From: a virus
DNA: 44,644 nt
Virus record (IMG/VR): IMGVR_UViG_3300045988_101216
Reading direction: 5' to 3' (one strand)
Positions 30,251 to 38,676 of the stretch are shown piece by piece. The position numbers and the translations under genes are program-made. Positions within the stretch are counted from its first letter, which is position 1. Each line of letters starts with the position of its first letter. The notes under the pieces are model-generated. The model saw nothing but the letters and a program-made list of their open reading frames with translations. It was not told the origin of the DNA and ran no database searches.

Positions 30251-30331
30251 ATGAGTACATATGAGGAAATGCAAATTTTACTTACATTCGCATTGCTTGT
30301 TGTTGCTATTCTAAATTTGAAAAATAAGTAA
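30251..30331 (+). CDS. 26-aa holin-like toxin (Hol_Tox, type I toxin)
   Basis: Manual translation MSTYEEMQILLTFALLVVAILNLKNK. AAAGGGGAAA RBS. Followed at once by a hairpin. Confidence 0.65.
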   Translation: MSTYEEMQILLTFALLVVAILNLKNK

Positions 30332-30460
30332 GCCGCCCTGTATCTTGGTCGGATAGGACGGCTTACTAAGTTCGTTTTAATTCGCCGGAACGGGTAGCTT
30401 GCACCTACCTGTCGGCTGTCTTGTTAAGTATATTATATGTCAAAGCAAACTATTTGTCAA
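30322..30460 (-). ncRNA. Candidate antitoxin sRNA with consensus promoter
   Basis: Minus strand TTGACA (30460-30455), 17 nt spacer, TATAAT (30437-30432). The predicted ~100 nt transcript ends at the shared hairpin, overlapping the toxin 3' end. Confidence 0.5.
30330..30364. terminator. Bidirectional hairpin shared by the toxin mRNA and the convergent sRNA
   Basis: AAGCCGCCCT (30330-30339) pairs with AGGACGGCTT (30355-30364), one mismatch. The T-run on the minus strand is the complement of aaaaataagt at 30321-30330. Confidence 0.55.
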
Positions 30461-30461
30461 A

Positions 30462-30561
30462 CGTAAAAACCGCCCCTGCGCCAACAGGAGCGGCCACATA
30501 TCCGAAGATATGCTATTACTTTGGTCGGTAATATTGTATCATCTTCGGACAGCCCCCGCAA
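30462..30561 (-). ncRNA. Second candidate short minus-strand transcript upstream of int
   Basis: Minus strand TTGCGG (30561-30556), 17 nt spacer, TGaTACAAT (-10 at 30538-30533). Terminator hairpin 30470-30478/30485-30493 followed by TTTTT. Inverted repeat CCGAAGAT/ATCTTCGG at 30502-30509/30541-30548. Confidence 0.3.
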
Positions 30562-30617
30562 GCGGAACACTCGTTCGCGCTGGCTGTTATTTTTATACCC
30601 AAAAGGAGGATGATTTT

Positions 30618-31841
30618 ATGGCAAAAAGGAAAAAACACCCAAATCTCCCTAATGGTTTTGGCAGTATCCGCAAACTATCTGGAAACCGTAATGTCGCTTA
30701 CGCAGTACACCCACCTGTGAAAGACTTCGGCGAAGATGGGAAACCAGTAACCCCCAAAGCTCTATGCTATGTATCTGATTGGTATGTAGGTTTCTCGGTT
30801 CTGATGGCTTACAAGGCTGGTACTTATAAACCAGGGCTAGAAAAAGAGCTGGAAATCATGCGTGCCATGGATGATGGGGACTTACATGGGTTTACTAAAC
30901 GAATCCTTGCAGATTACACTATAGCAGTACGTCCGGTCCAAGAAAATAAGGGTGACATGACTTTTACTCAATTATACGAAAAATACTATACATGGAAATA
31001 TGATGGGAAGAAACAATATTCTGATCAATCCAAAAGGTCCACCAGGGCTGCGTACAAGAACTGTGAAGCCATTCATGGGGAGAAGGTAAAGAATATCACC
31101 TATGAGCAATTACAACGCATTGTAGACGGTTCTGCGCTTAAGCACGCCAGCCTGGAACTGATAGTATCCCTTCTTAAGCAGATGTTTAAATATGCTTTGG
31201 CTCAAAACTTTGTAGAAAAAAATCCTACAGAGCTGCTGCGCATCAATATTCCAGACGATGATGAGCACGGGGTTCCGTTTAGTATCCGAGATATAGAACG
31301 ACTGTGGAATCATGAAGACAATGATATTGCCCAAGTACTCCTAATTATGTGTTATACAGGGTATCGTATCGGAGAATTGAAAGTTATAAAAACTGATCTA
31401 AAAAAATGTTTCTTTTCGGGTGGCTTGAAAACAAGGACAAGTAAAGATCGAATCGTCCCTATCCACTCGGCTATTTACCCGATTGTCAAAAAACGAATAA
31501 GGAAATATGGTGAAATAATGCCTTTATCTGATGTCAAATTCCGAGAGTCTATGAGGACCTACATCAAATCTCTCGGAATCGGAGAACATACACCGCATGA
31601 CTGTCGGCACACTTTCTCAGCCCTTTGCGAAAAATACGAGGTAAAAGAAAATGACCGAAAAAGAATGTTGGGACACAAATTTATGGATGTCACAAATGAA
31701 GTATACGGACATAGGGCACTAGAAGATCTCCGAAAAGAAATCGAGAAAATTCCGTGTCTAAAATGCGTCGAAAATGGAACCTCAAAATCAATTCAAAAAG
31801 AACAAATATTCGAGACAATACAAGACAAGAAAATGGCGTAA
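30618..31841 (+). CDS. int: Tyrosine integrase
   Basis: ORF track 30399..31841. Start moved to the ATG at 30618 (MAKRKKHPNLPNGFG) behind AAAAGGAGGA. C-terminal HDCRHTF...LGH...VYGH catalytic pattern. Confidence 0.9.
   Translation: MAKRKKHPNLPNGFGSIRKLSGNRNVAYAVHPPVKDFGEDGKPVTPKALCYVSDWYVGFSVLMAYKAGTYKPGLEKELEIMRAMDDGDLHGFTKRILADYTIAVRPVQENKGDMTFTQLYEKYYTWKYDGKKQYSDQSKRSTRAAYKNCEAIHGEKVKNITYEQLQRIVDGSALKHASLELIVSLLKQMFKYALAQNFVEKNPTELLRINIPDDDEHGVPFSIRDIERLWNHEDNDIAQVLLIMCYTGYRIGELKVIKTDLKKCFFSGGLKTRTSKDRIVPIHSAIYPIVKKRIRKYGEIMPLSDVKFRESMRTYIKSLGIGEHTPHDCRHTFSALCEKYEVKENDRKRMLGHKFMDVTNEVYGHRALEDLRKEIEKIPCLKCVENGTSKSIQKEQIFETIQDKKMA
31755..31777. repeat. Direct repeat A (TGTCTAAAATGCGTCgAAAATgG), inside the int 3' end
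   Basis: Matches 31953-31975 at 21 of 23 positions, by direct reading. Confidence 0.8.
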
Positions 31842-31952
31842 AATCAAGGGTTTGCGCCGTTTTCCTTGTAATTAAAAGCTTTTTTTAAAGTATATAGAAA
31901 TTAATATTTTTTTAACATTAAAGAACGATTTTAAGCCATTTTCAAGCATTTT

Positions 31953-31975
31953 TGTCTAAAATGCGTCTAAAATAG
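31953..31975. repeat. Direct repeat B (TGTCTAAAATGCGTCtAAAATaG), in the AT-rich spacer after int
   Basis: Matches 31755-31777 at 21 of 23 positions. Confidence 0.8.
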
Positions 31976-32038
31976 AAATATAATTTTTAAAAAGTAAAAG
32001 TAAGATGATACAATATTTATTTGCCTAAAAAACAATTT

Positions 32039-32059
32039 CCCCCGGCCGCTCACCGGGGG
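32039..32059. terminator. Bidirectional rho-independent terminator between int and the endolysin
   Basis: CCCCCGG-ccgctca-CCGGGGG, flanked by an A-run upstream and TTTTT downstream. Confidence 0.75.
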
Positions 32060-32066
32060 ATTTTTG

Positions 32067-33899
32067 TCATACTTTTTTAATACTATCCGCCCAAGCATAC
32101 CCTATGTACTGATCGGCCACACAGACCTTGTACCAGTTGTCCTCATAGCCGTCCCGGCCTAAGACATCCACCAGGTTTCCTTTGGACAATTTCGGATATC
32201 CCGTGATCGCAGGAGAGGCTTTCTTGGCTTTCTCATGGACGGCACAGGTCTTTTGTACTTTACCTACAAAACGTTGGAAGCCTGCCTGAGTGTTTTTCTG
32301 TTTGAACAATTCTGCCTTTATCTTGGCTAAAGTTTTCGGCCCTGCACAGCTGTCAGCATCTAAACCGCAAGCTTTCTGGAATGCTTTTACAGCTGCCTCG
32401 GTATCTGCACCAAAATCTCCATCGGCACCACTCGCACCACAGTCGTAACCTAAATAGATCAGATTGCTTTGCAGTTCTTTTACTTGGCCGCCTTGGTCGC
32501 CCACGCACAAAAAGTCCTTTCCTGCCTGCTGCTCTTTCACCGCAGCCTCAATTTTGCTTTTGGTATCTGGTCCATAAAAACCATCCACAGTAAGACCGTA
32601 CTTCTTTTGCGCTTGTTTTACCGCTGCCTGCGTGTCTTGTCCAAAGCTGCCATCTGCCCCGAATGCGCCAACATCAAAACCCAGGGCAATCAAATTTTGC
32701 TGCATAACTTTCACTTCGGGGCCAGTATCTCCTAGTTGCAAATAATCCCTGACAACGGCCTCGGAAGAATCGGTATAATCAATCCATACATAGCCATCAA
32801 TCCCCGAATAATTCCGGGTGTAGACTTTGTCGGCCACACAGCCTCCGTTTGCCTCTACGTTATTCAACCCACCTTTTGAGGTATTCCCTTCGTTGGTGTA
32901 AATTTGAGTGGAAGTAACTTTCGTCACCCTGCCGATGTGGGCTCCGTTACGGAAGATTACCAGTGCTCCAAGCTTTGGCTCGCTATGCCAGGTTCTTTTG
33001 GATTTTGCATGGTTTTTGATACTGTTGCAGTTGTAGAAACCGCCTCCCATAATCTCTAAAGCCCTGGACAGACCAAAGATTTTTACACAAATCCAGAACT
33101 GGTACACGGCGCACCACGGCTGCCCCTGGCATCCAGGCTGTCCCCAGGCATTTACATCCCGGGCATACTTGGTATAATTCCCATAGCCAGCGTTGCCGGT
33201 CTTGCTGTCTAAATTACTTTCCGATGCTTTTTCCAGATATCCAGACTCCGCCGCCATCAATTCCGCTGTTTTACTCCACAAGTCTTCCGCCACGTTCGTT
33301 TCCTCCTTTTCGCCGTAATAATAGTTCATGTCCACGTTGCCTTGGATTCCTGCAATCCTCCCGCTTCTCGTGTACTGTTGATAGAGACAAGGATAATCTG
33401 GCTCGCCCGTGTAATCTGCCAGCCACAACGGGTACTTGTTCAGGACATCTTGGCGATACCAGTTTGTATAGTAGTCCCCATTAGTGTAAATACCAGTGTT
33501 GTAACCTCTTTTTTTGAAGAAATCGCAAAATGTCTGGGTAAACAGATTGCACTCATTGGGGCCAAGATTCACTCCTTTTTTGGCTGCGTTGGAGACGGTG
33601 TCATACTCAAAGTCCGCCCATACATAGATAGTTTTCGGCAGCCCCGCCTTTTCGATGTTAGCTAGACAGCTTTCCGCCTCTGCGATCACATCCTGGTTAT
33701 TTAAAGCGTATAGGAAATGGTACACGCCATGGATGGGTACCTGGTTATTTTTGCACCCCTCCACGTTCCGGAAAAAGTACTTATCCGCTGCTTTCCGGTA
33801 CCCTTCCCGTAGGATTACAAAATCAATCTGAGACTTTACAGCAGCCCAATCAATGGACGCCTGCCATTCGGATACATCAATTCCTGTTATTTTCGCCAT
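32067..33899 (-). CDS. Endolysin: GH25 muramidase + CHAP + 2x PG_binding_1 + SH3-like
   Basis: ORF track, 610 aa. GIDVSEWQASIDW...GVYHF (GH25). QPWCAVYQFW...GAHIGRV (CHAP Cys/His). Two LxxGDxGxxVKxLQxxL...DGxFGxxTxxAVKxxQ repeats. Confidence 0.9.
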   Translation of the reverse strand: MAKITGIDVSEWQASIDWAAVKSQIDFVILREGYRKAADKYFFRNVEGCKNNQVPIHGVYHFLYALNNQDVIAEAESCLANIEKAGLPKTIYVWADFEYDTVSNAAKKGVNLGPNECNLFTQTFCDFFKKRGYNTGIYTNGDYYTNWYRQDVLNKYPLWLADYTGEPDYPCLYQQYTRSGRIAGIQGNVDMNYYYGEKEETNVAEDLWSKTAELMAAESGYLEKASESNLDSKTGNAGYGNYTKYARDVNAWGQPGCQGQPWCAVYQFWICVKIFGLSRALEIMGGGFYNCNSIKNHAKSKRTWHSEPKLGALVIFRNGAHIGRVTKVTSTQIYTNEGNTSKGGLNNVEANGGCVADKVYTRNYSGIDGYVWIDYTDSSEAVVRDYLQLGDTGPEVKVMQQNLIALGFDVGAFGADGSFGQDTQAAVKQAQKKYGLTVDGFYGPDTKSKIEAAVKEQQAGKDFLCVGDQGGQVKELQSNLIYLGYDCGASGADGDFGADTEAAVKAFQKACGLDADSCAGPKTLAKIKAELFKQKNTQAGFQRFVGKVQKTCAVHEKAKKASPAITGYPKLSKGNLVDVLGRDGYEDNWYKVCVADQYIGYAWADSIKKV

Positions 33900-33913
33900 G
33901 GTTTTTCCTTCTA

Positions 33914-34426
33914 TCAGATCAAAAGTTCTTTCTGTTCGATAACCTCATCCGCTTCCAGTTCACCTTTTAAAATTCCTTCTGCTTGCTCTTTGGTAATCTC
34001 TTTCCAGAATCGTTCATCTACTCCCATAGTACCAGGCTCCCAGGTGTTCATGATATCTTTTAAAGCGTTAATCCAGTATTTGGTGTTATGCTCCACGACA
34101 TCTCCATAGCTATACCATTCCTGCGCAATTCCGTCCCAAGGTTCCCATGCTGGCACTGTAACCTCACCCGGCTCTGGTTCCGGTTCCCCTTTTAGCTTTT
34201 TCACCTCTTCTTCCAGTACTGCCACTCTGTCTTCCAGACGTTTGTAGCGTTCTGCCTCTTCCGGAGCTTCTGTCCCTGGGTTCAGATGGGAGGTAATCAT
34301 CTGCCGTAGTTCTGTGCGCTGTTCATCTGTTAAGTCCCCGCTGACCCAGAGCACATCAATCTTATTTGTGATGTCTGTGACTTTAAAATCTCCTGATATG
34401 ATAATACTTTTAATCATTTCATGCAT
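33914..34426 (-). CDS. Tail-fibre-associated protein with aromatic CBM5/12-like motif
   Basis: ORF track 33914..34432 (TTG). ATG at 34426 preferred. AWEPWDGIAQEWYSYGDVVEHNTKYWINAL...WEPG. No TM segment. Confidence 0.35.
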   Translation of the reverse strand: MHEMIKSIIISGDFKVTDITNKIDVLWVSGDLTDEQRTELRQMITSHLNPGTEAPEEAERYKRLEDRVAVLEEEVKKLKGEPEPEPGEVTVPAWEPWDGIAQEWYSYGDVVEHNTKYWINALKDIMNTWEPGTMGVDERFWKEITKEQAEGILKGELEADEVIEQKELLI

Positions 34427-37400
34427 GTTCAATGTCCTCCATAATTACTTTGTTTAATACTTGTGTGTTTGTGTTTACCAGGGCTTTTTGCAGTTCCTCG
34501 AATTTTTTGTCTATGTAAGACTTGGTGTCTGCTACATATTCCATTTCTAAGCCTACTTGCGGGTCGGAATCTGTGAAAACATTGGTAGTTGAGTAGTTCG
34601 TGTGTAAAGCACGGTAAGCCGCAATTTCTTCCGATGTAAGATCAGTTTCAATCGGAGTTTTTAGTACATACACTAAGTCAATTTCCGTTAAAATTTTGTC
34701 TTCGTAGTGTGCTACTACTTGAATATCATTATTATTTACAACTGCCCTAACACCATTGGTAGTATATCCGGCCACTCTGTTATATTGCAGCGTGGATGAT
34801 ATCGCTTCGATTCTGCCCGGTACATATGTCGTTTTTCCTACGTATCTGACACCACCCTCACCTTCTTGTGCAGATAAACTAACGGTTTCTGTATATACAC
34901 GCCGTATATATTTCTCTGCTTTAAAATCCACCTCATCACACACCCACTCTTGTCCTTCTGCGTCCATGTAATTACCGCCAGAATCTACCGGAATTCCTGG
35001 GAGACCGTTAGGAGTGGAGAGGGTGAGGGGTTGTAGTTTGCAAGGTTCCCATGGAAGAGCGGTGGAACCAGCGTTTAGCATCGGACGAATTATTTCATTT
35101 GTTACTGTCGCCCCTTCGGTAATTTGTATTTGGATTCTTGAATTAGGATATTTTTCATAGTCAAATTGATTTGGTATATAAATTCCATTACCTACGTCCT
35201 TATAACCTTTATTTACCATATTTGTATATACTATCGAGATGCTTTCACTTTTTCCTCCACTTAGAAAAACATCGTTAGCCTTTGGTAACATTGACAAAAG
35301 GAAAAAGGAATTGCTTGTTGCCTTACCATTTGCAGTTACACTTCCGTCATCATTAACGGTATATGTTATCCCGTTAATCGTTGCTGATGCATATGTTTTT
35401 GCAATCAACTGCGCTCCAAATACACGAACCTCTAAACTCCCATCACTCCCAGGAATCTTAATCTCCTGCGGATACTCCGGGCTGGGAGAGGGTTGTCTAC
35501 CAGTATATAGCTCCCATGTACCATCACCGTCTTGATATAGCATAGGCTTTACTATTCCTGATACGATTTCTTTTCCAATTCTTCCATAAAATTGAACTTT
35601 AATATGAAACGATTCATTGTTTATTTCATTTTCTAATATTTCCAATCTAGTTTCTTCTTTGGAAGTCGTATTTAACTCCTTTTGGGATTCGTTAAAATAA
35701 ATAACAATGCTTACATAAGGTTCTGTTTTATTGGCACGCAAGTTTAAAAAACCTTTTTTTAATAGACGAACACTTTCTTCATGGTTTAAATCATAAGCCT
35801 GTCTAAATTCTCCTGAAAGAGTTCCACTTCCACTAATTGTAAAACTCCCGTCACCATTATTCGTTACAGTCGCACCATTTGCACTTTTTGTTGGCAGCTT
35901 TGAAGCATCAAATAGCTGCGCCCCTGTTGTAGTCACCTGCTGACTCTTTCCCAATACCTTCAGCCCTTTTAGTCCCAGATCAGAACTGTCCGTAACATTT
36001 AGCGTTTCTCCACTTGCCTTCTCCGCAATCGCCGGGGCTTTCTGGGTATTTTCATTGATGGACTTTTCTATGTAGTCTTCTGTCTCAGGGACATAATCAA
36101 CCGCTATTCCAGGCATGAGAGATTCCGCCGTAAAGACGTTTACTACAGGATTGTACAACTTTAATGCCCGGTAAGCTGCGATTTCTTCTGAGGATAAATC
36201 AGTTTCAATAGGAGTTTGCAGAACATACAGAAATTCGAAGGTTTTTAGCTTTTCGATGTCTTCTTGCTCATTTTTGCTATCTTTGAATCTCGCCCGAATA
36301 GATTTTGGGTACGCATACATTCCGTTCAGATTATTATCAAGGATCTTCTTATCATATTTAAGTCCGGTGCACAAACACGGTGGATAATCATTCTCCGCTA
36401 AATCACTCAGATAAGCTTCATAGAGGTAAGATTCTTCTTGTATTCCATAATTTACTCTCTTGAACACCAGACCGCTTGCTCTTTTCAGCCTTTGGATTTT
36501 CTTTCCAGTTCCGTCACTGTAAAATTTCACGCTGTCACAAATCCATTGTTGTCCATTTGAATCGGTATAGTTCCCACTACCATCCACAGGGAGCCCGGAT
36601 AAGCCGTTTTTGGTGGAGAGAACAAGGGATTGCGATTTCCTTGGCGGTTCGTACTCTGTTGCTTCTTCCCCGATTTCTACTTGTAAAAGTTCGCTTTCTG
36701 TGCAAGTATGTATTCTAGACTTTCCGTCTGTCCATACGCTTGCCAACATGCAAACAAGCACGCCATTTCCTATTGCAGTGATTGTTTGTGATTTTGCTTC
36801 TCCACCTGCTATAACAGAATTAATATTATTTTCTTGATTGTTCATTTCTTCTTCGTTTCTATATTCGGTGATTCCAAGTGAAGCATTTTTGTTTGGGTTT
36901 GTGACTGATAAAGTGTATGTTCGCCCTTTTTTACAAGGTATGATATATCCGATGCCATTAGATTCTGCTTTAGGCGTATACGGAAGCTTTACATCTTCTT
37001 TATTAAAAATAAATGCATGTCCATCTGAATAATTTACATAATAAAGCCTCCCTGTCGCAAGGTTTTTGCCGTTCATGGAAGTTTCTATCTTCCCATCACT
37101 TCCAGGAATCTCAATCTCCTGCGGATACTCCGGGCTGGGAGAGGGTTTCTCACCGGTGTAAGGCTCCCAGGGTAAAGCCTTAGAACCAGCATTTATCATA
37201 GGGTATATGGTTTTTGGTGAAGAATCTGTGTAAGTATACGCAACACCTGTGATCTGTATTTCTGTCTCACTGGTTATCGCGCCTGTTTTTAATGCACTGT
37301 TTCCCAGCGTTTGCATGGAACAGTTCTGTAAATAGTATTTTCCGGCCGGCAAAGTCATCACTACATCCACTCCGTTATAACTTCCAATGAACCAGAATGT

Positions 37401-38231
37401 TGCATTGTTTGATGACAACGTACCACTAAAAGATGCTATCCCCCCAGAAACACTCATGGTTACTCCAAATATTTTATTAGTTTTATCTGGTGCATTGAGT
37501 AACTGTGCCCCTGTCGTTGTATTCTGTTCGGCCTTACCATATACTCTCATCCCTACTGGCGGCTGTTCTGCTGGATTCTCAATCTGCAAAATTTCCCCGC
37601 TGACTGTCTCAACTGGCCCTCGTAATTTTACAGCATCAATTTCATGCAGTCTTGCCCCAACCTTCTCCGCATCCGCAGCTTGTCCCGTCTGGCTTAGAGT
37701 ATCATCTACTTTGATTGGGATTTCCCCCGGCTTTACTGTTCCGTCTTCCCCAACAACAAGAGCTTTCCCGGTATTCTCTGCGCCCTGGTCTTTGTCCAGC
37801 TTCTTTTCCAACTCCTCTGCCTGCTCTTCTTTTGTTGGATAAGATTTTAATTTCTCCGTTAGTTTTGTGTCTGTGACATACTCCGCAGGAATTTCGGTTA
37901 TATAGTCCCCTTTTTGCTGGATTCCTAGTTGTTCAAGACTTTTGTCCCCGGATAACTCCACTCCACCGATAGAGGGCTTGTTTTCCAGGTTGTTATAGTC
38001 CTGATCTGGAATATCGTCCTTAAAGGCAAACTCTTTTGTATCTCCTGGCCCAAACGCTATAACTGCTTTTTTGGTATCTGTCGCTACCCCTATCTCTGCC
38101 GGGACAAACTTACTTTCGTCCATTTCGGATTCTTTTCCATGTCGCATCTGCAAGGTGGCGTATATCGTTCCACCGTCTTCTGCCAAGATTGCCGCTTTGT
38201 TTTCCGCCAGAGCATTACTTTTTATTGCCAT
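34419..38231 (-). CDS. Tail fibre / receptor-binding protein with tandemly duplicated ~520-aa module
   Basis: ORF track 34419..38264. Start moved to the ATG at 38231 (MAIKSNALAEN) behind GGAAGGAG. Paired motifs: PSPSPEYPQEI.IPGSDG (x2), TTGAQL (x2), PIETDL(S/T)SEEIAAYRAL (x2). Confidence 0.8.
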   Translation of the reverse strand: MAIKSNALAENKAAILAEDGGTIYATLQMRHGKESEMDESKFVPAEIGVATDTKKAVIAFGPGDTKEFAFKDDIPDQDYNNLENKPSIGGVELSGDKSLEQLGIQQKGDYITEIPAEYVTDTKLTEKLKSYPTKEEQAEELEKKLDKDQGAENTGKALVVGEDGTVKPGEIPIKVDDTLSQTGQAADAEKVGARLHEIDAVKLRGPVETVSGEILQIENPAEQPPVGMRVYGKAEQNTTTGAQLLNAPDKTNKIFGVTMSVSGGIASFSGTLSSNNATFWFIGSYNGVDVVMTLPAGKYYLQNCSMQTLGNSALKTGAITSETEIQITGVAYTYTDSSPKTIYPMINAGSKALPWEPYTGEKPSPSPEYPQEIEIPGSDGKIETSMNGKNLATGRLYYVNYSDGHAFIFNKEDVKLPYTPKAESNGIGYIIPCKKGRTYTLSVTNPNKNASLGITEYRNEEEMNNQENNINSVIAGGEAKSQTITAIGNGVLVCMLASVWTDGKSRIHTCTESELLQVEIGEEATEYEPPRKSQSLVLSTKNGLSGLPVDGSGNYTDSNGQQWICDSVKFYSDGTGKKIQRLKRASGLVFKRVNYGIQEESYLYEAYLSDLAENDYPPCLCTGLKYDKKILDNNLNGMYAYPKSIRARFKDSKNEQEDIEKLKTFEFLYVLQTPIETDLSSEEIAAYRALKLYNPVVNVFTAESLMPGIAVDYVPETEDYIEKSINENTQKAPAIAEKASGETLNVTDSSDLGLKGLKVLGKSQQVTTTGAQLFDASKLPTKSANGATVTNNGDGSFTISGSGTLSGEFRQAYDLNHEESVRLLKKGFLNLRANKTEPYVSIVIYFNESQKELNTTSKEETRLEILENEINNESFHIKVQFYGRIGKEIVSGIVKPMLYQDGDGTWELYTGRQPSPSPEYPQEIKIPGSDGSLEVRVFGAQLIAKTYASATINGITYTVNDDGSVTANGKATSNSFFLLSMLPKANDVFLSGGKSESISIVYTNMVNKGYKDVGNGIYIPNQFDYEKYPNSRIQIQITEGATVTNEIIRPMLNAGSTALPWEPCKLQPLTLSTPNGLPGIPVDSGGNYMDAEGQEWVCDEVDFKAEKYIRRVYTETVSLSAQEGEGGVRYVGKTTYVPGRIEAISSTLQYNRVAGYTTNGVRAVVNNNDIQVVAHYEDKILTEIDLVYVLKTPIETDLTSEEIAAYRALHTNYSTTNVFTDSDPQVGLEMEYVADTKSYIDKKFEELQKALVNTNTQVLNKVIMEDIEHA

Positions 38232-38235
38232 TTTC

Positions 38236-38676
38236 TCACTCCTTCCAGTCTGTAAATGTACCACCGCTTATTGTCTTGATCTGCTTTCTGGACAATTCTT
38301 CTAACTTTTGCAATATTTGTTCATAGACACCCGGGGACGGCGGGGCGGAAGCATCGCTTTCTTGGTATCCTGATTTGAAAATCTTGATGTATGCCTCATT
38401 CGCAGTTCTTAAATCTCCACAAAATACAGAAACGCTTCCCACGCATTCCCGGTCCGTGTCCCAGAATTCCCACGGGATTAAGCATTCGTTATTATCGTCC
38501 AAGACCGCAGCTTTGGTCTGCTTGCCCTGGGTAAACAACGCTGTTTTAATGCCCGTCCATTCCGGTGTCTGAAAATCAAAATGTGCATAAAAATAATTCC
38601 GAGATTTTGCTACTGGGGCCAGGCTATCTATCCGGGTGATATATTGGCCCTTTAAAGCAAATTGTAAAGTTGGCAT
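38236..38676 (-). CDS. Hypothetical baseplate/fibre-associated protein
   Basis: ORF track, 146 aa. Called by position between Tal and the fibre. Confidence 0.4.
   Translation of the reverse strand: MPTLQFALKGQYITRIDSLAPVAKSRNYFYAHFDFQTPEWTGIKTALFTQGKQTKAAVLDDNNECLIPWEFWDTDRECVGSVSVFCGDLRTANEAYIKIFKSGYQESDASAPPSPGVYEQILQKLEELSRKQIKTISGGTFTDWKE

Noticed and set aside
30459-30476. 17-nt match (aaacgtaaaaaccgccc) to the artificial end-to-start concatenation of the window
   Set aside because: That junction does not exist physically, because the ends overlap by 119 bp. In real context the similarity reduces to a 12-mer (111-122) and an 8-mer. Here the sequence is simply the A-run plus stem of a terminator, so I treat it as chance.
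30399-30617. 73-codon N-terminal extension of the integrase ORF
   Set aside because: It starts at a TTG and runs through a promoter, hairpins and a terminator. A strong AAAAGGAGGA RBS precedes the ATG at 30618, where typical integrase N-terminal sequence begins.
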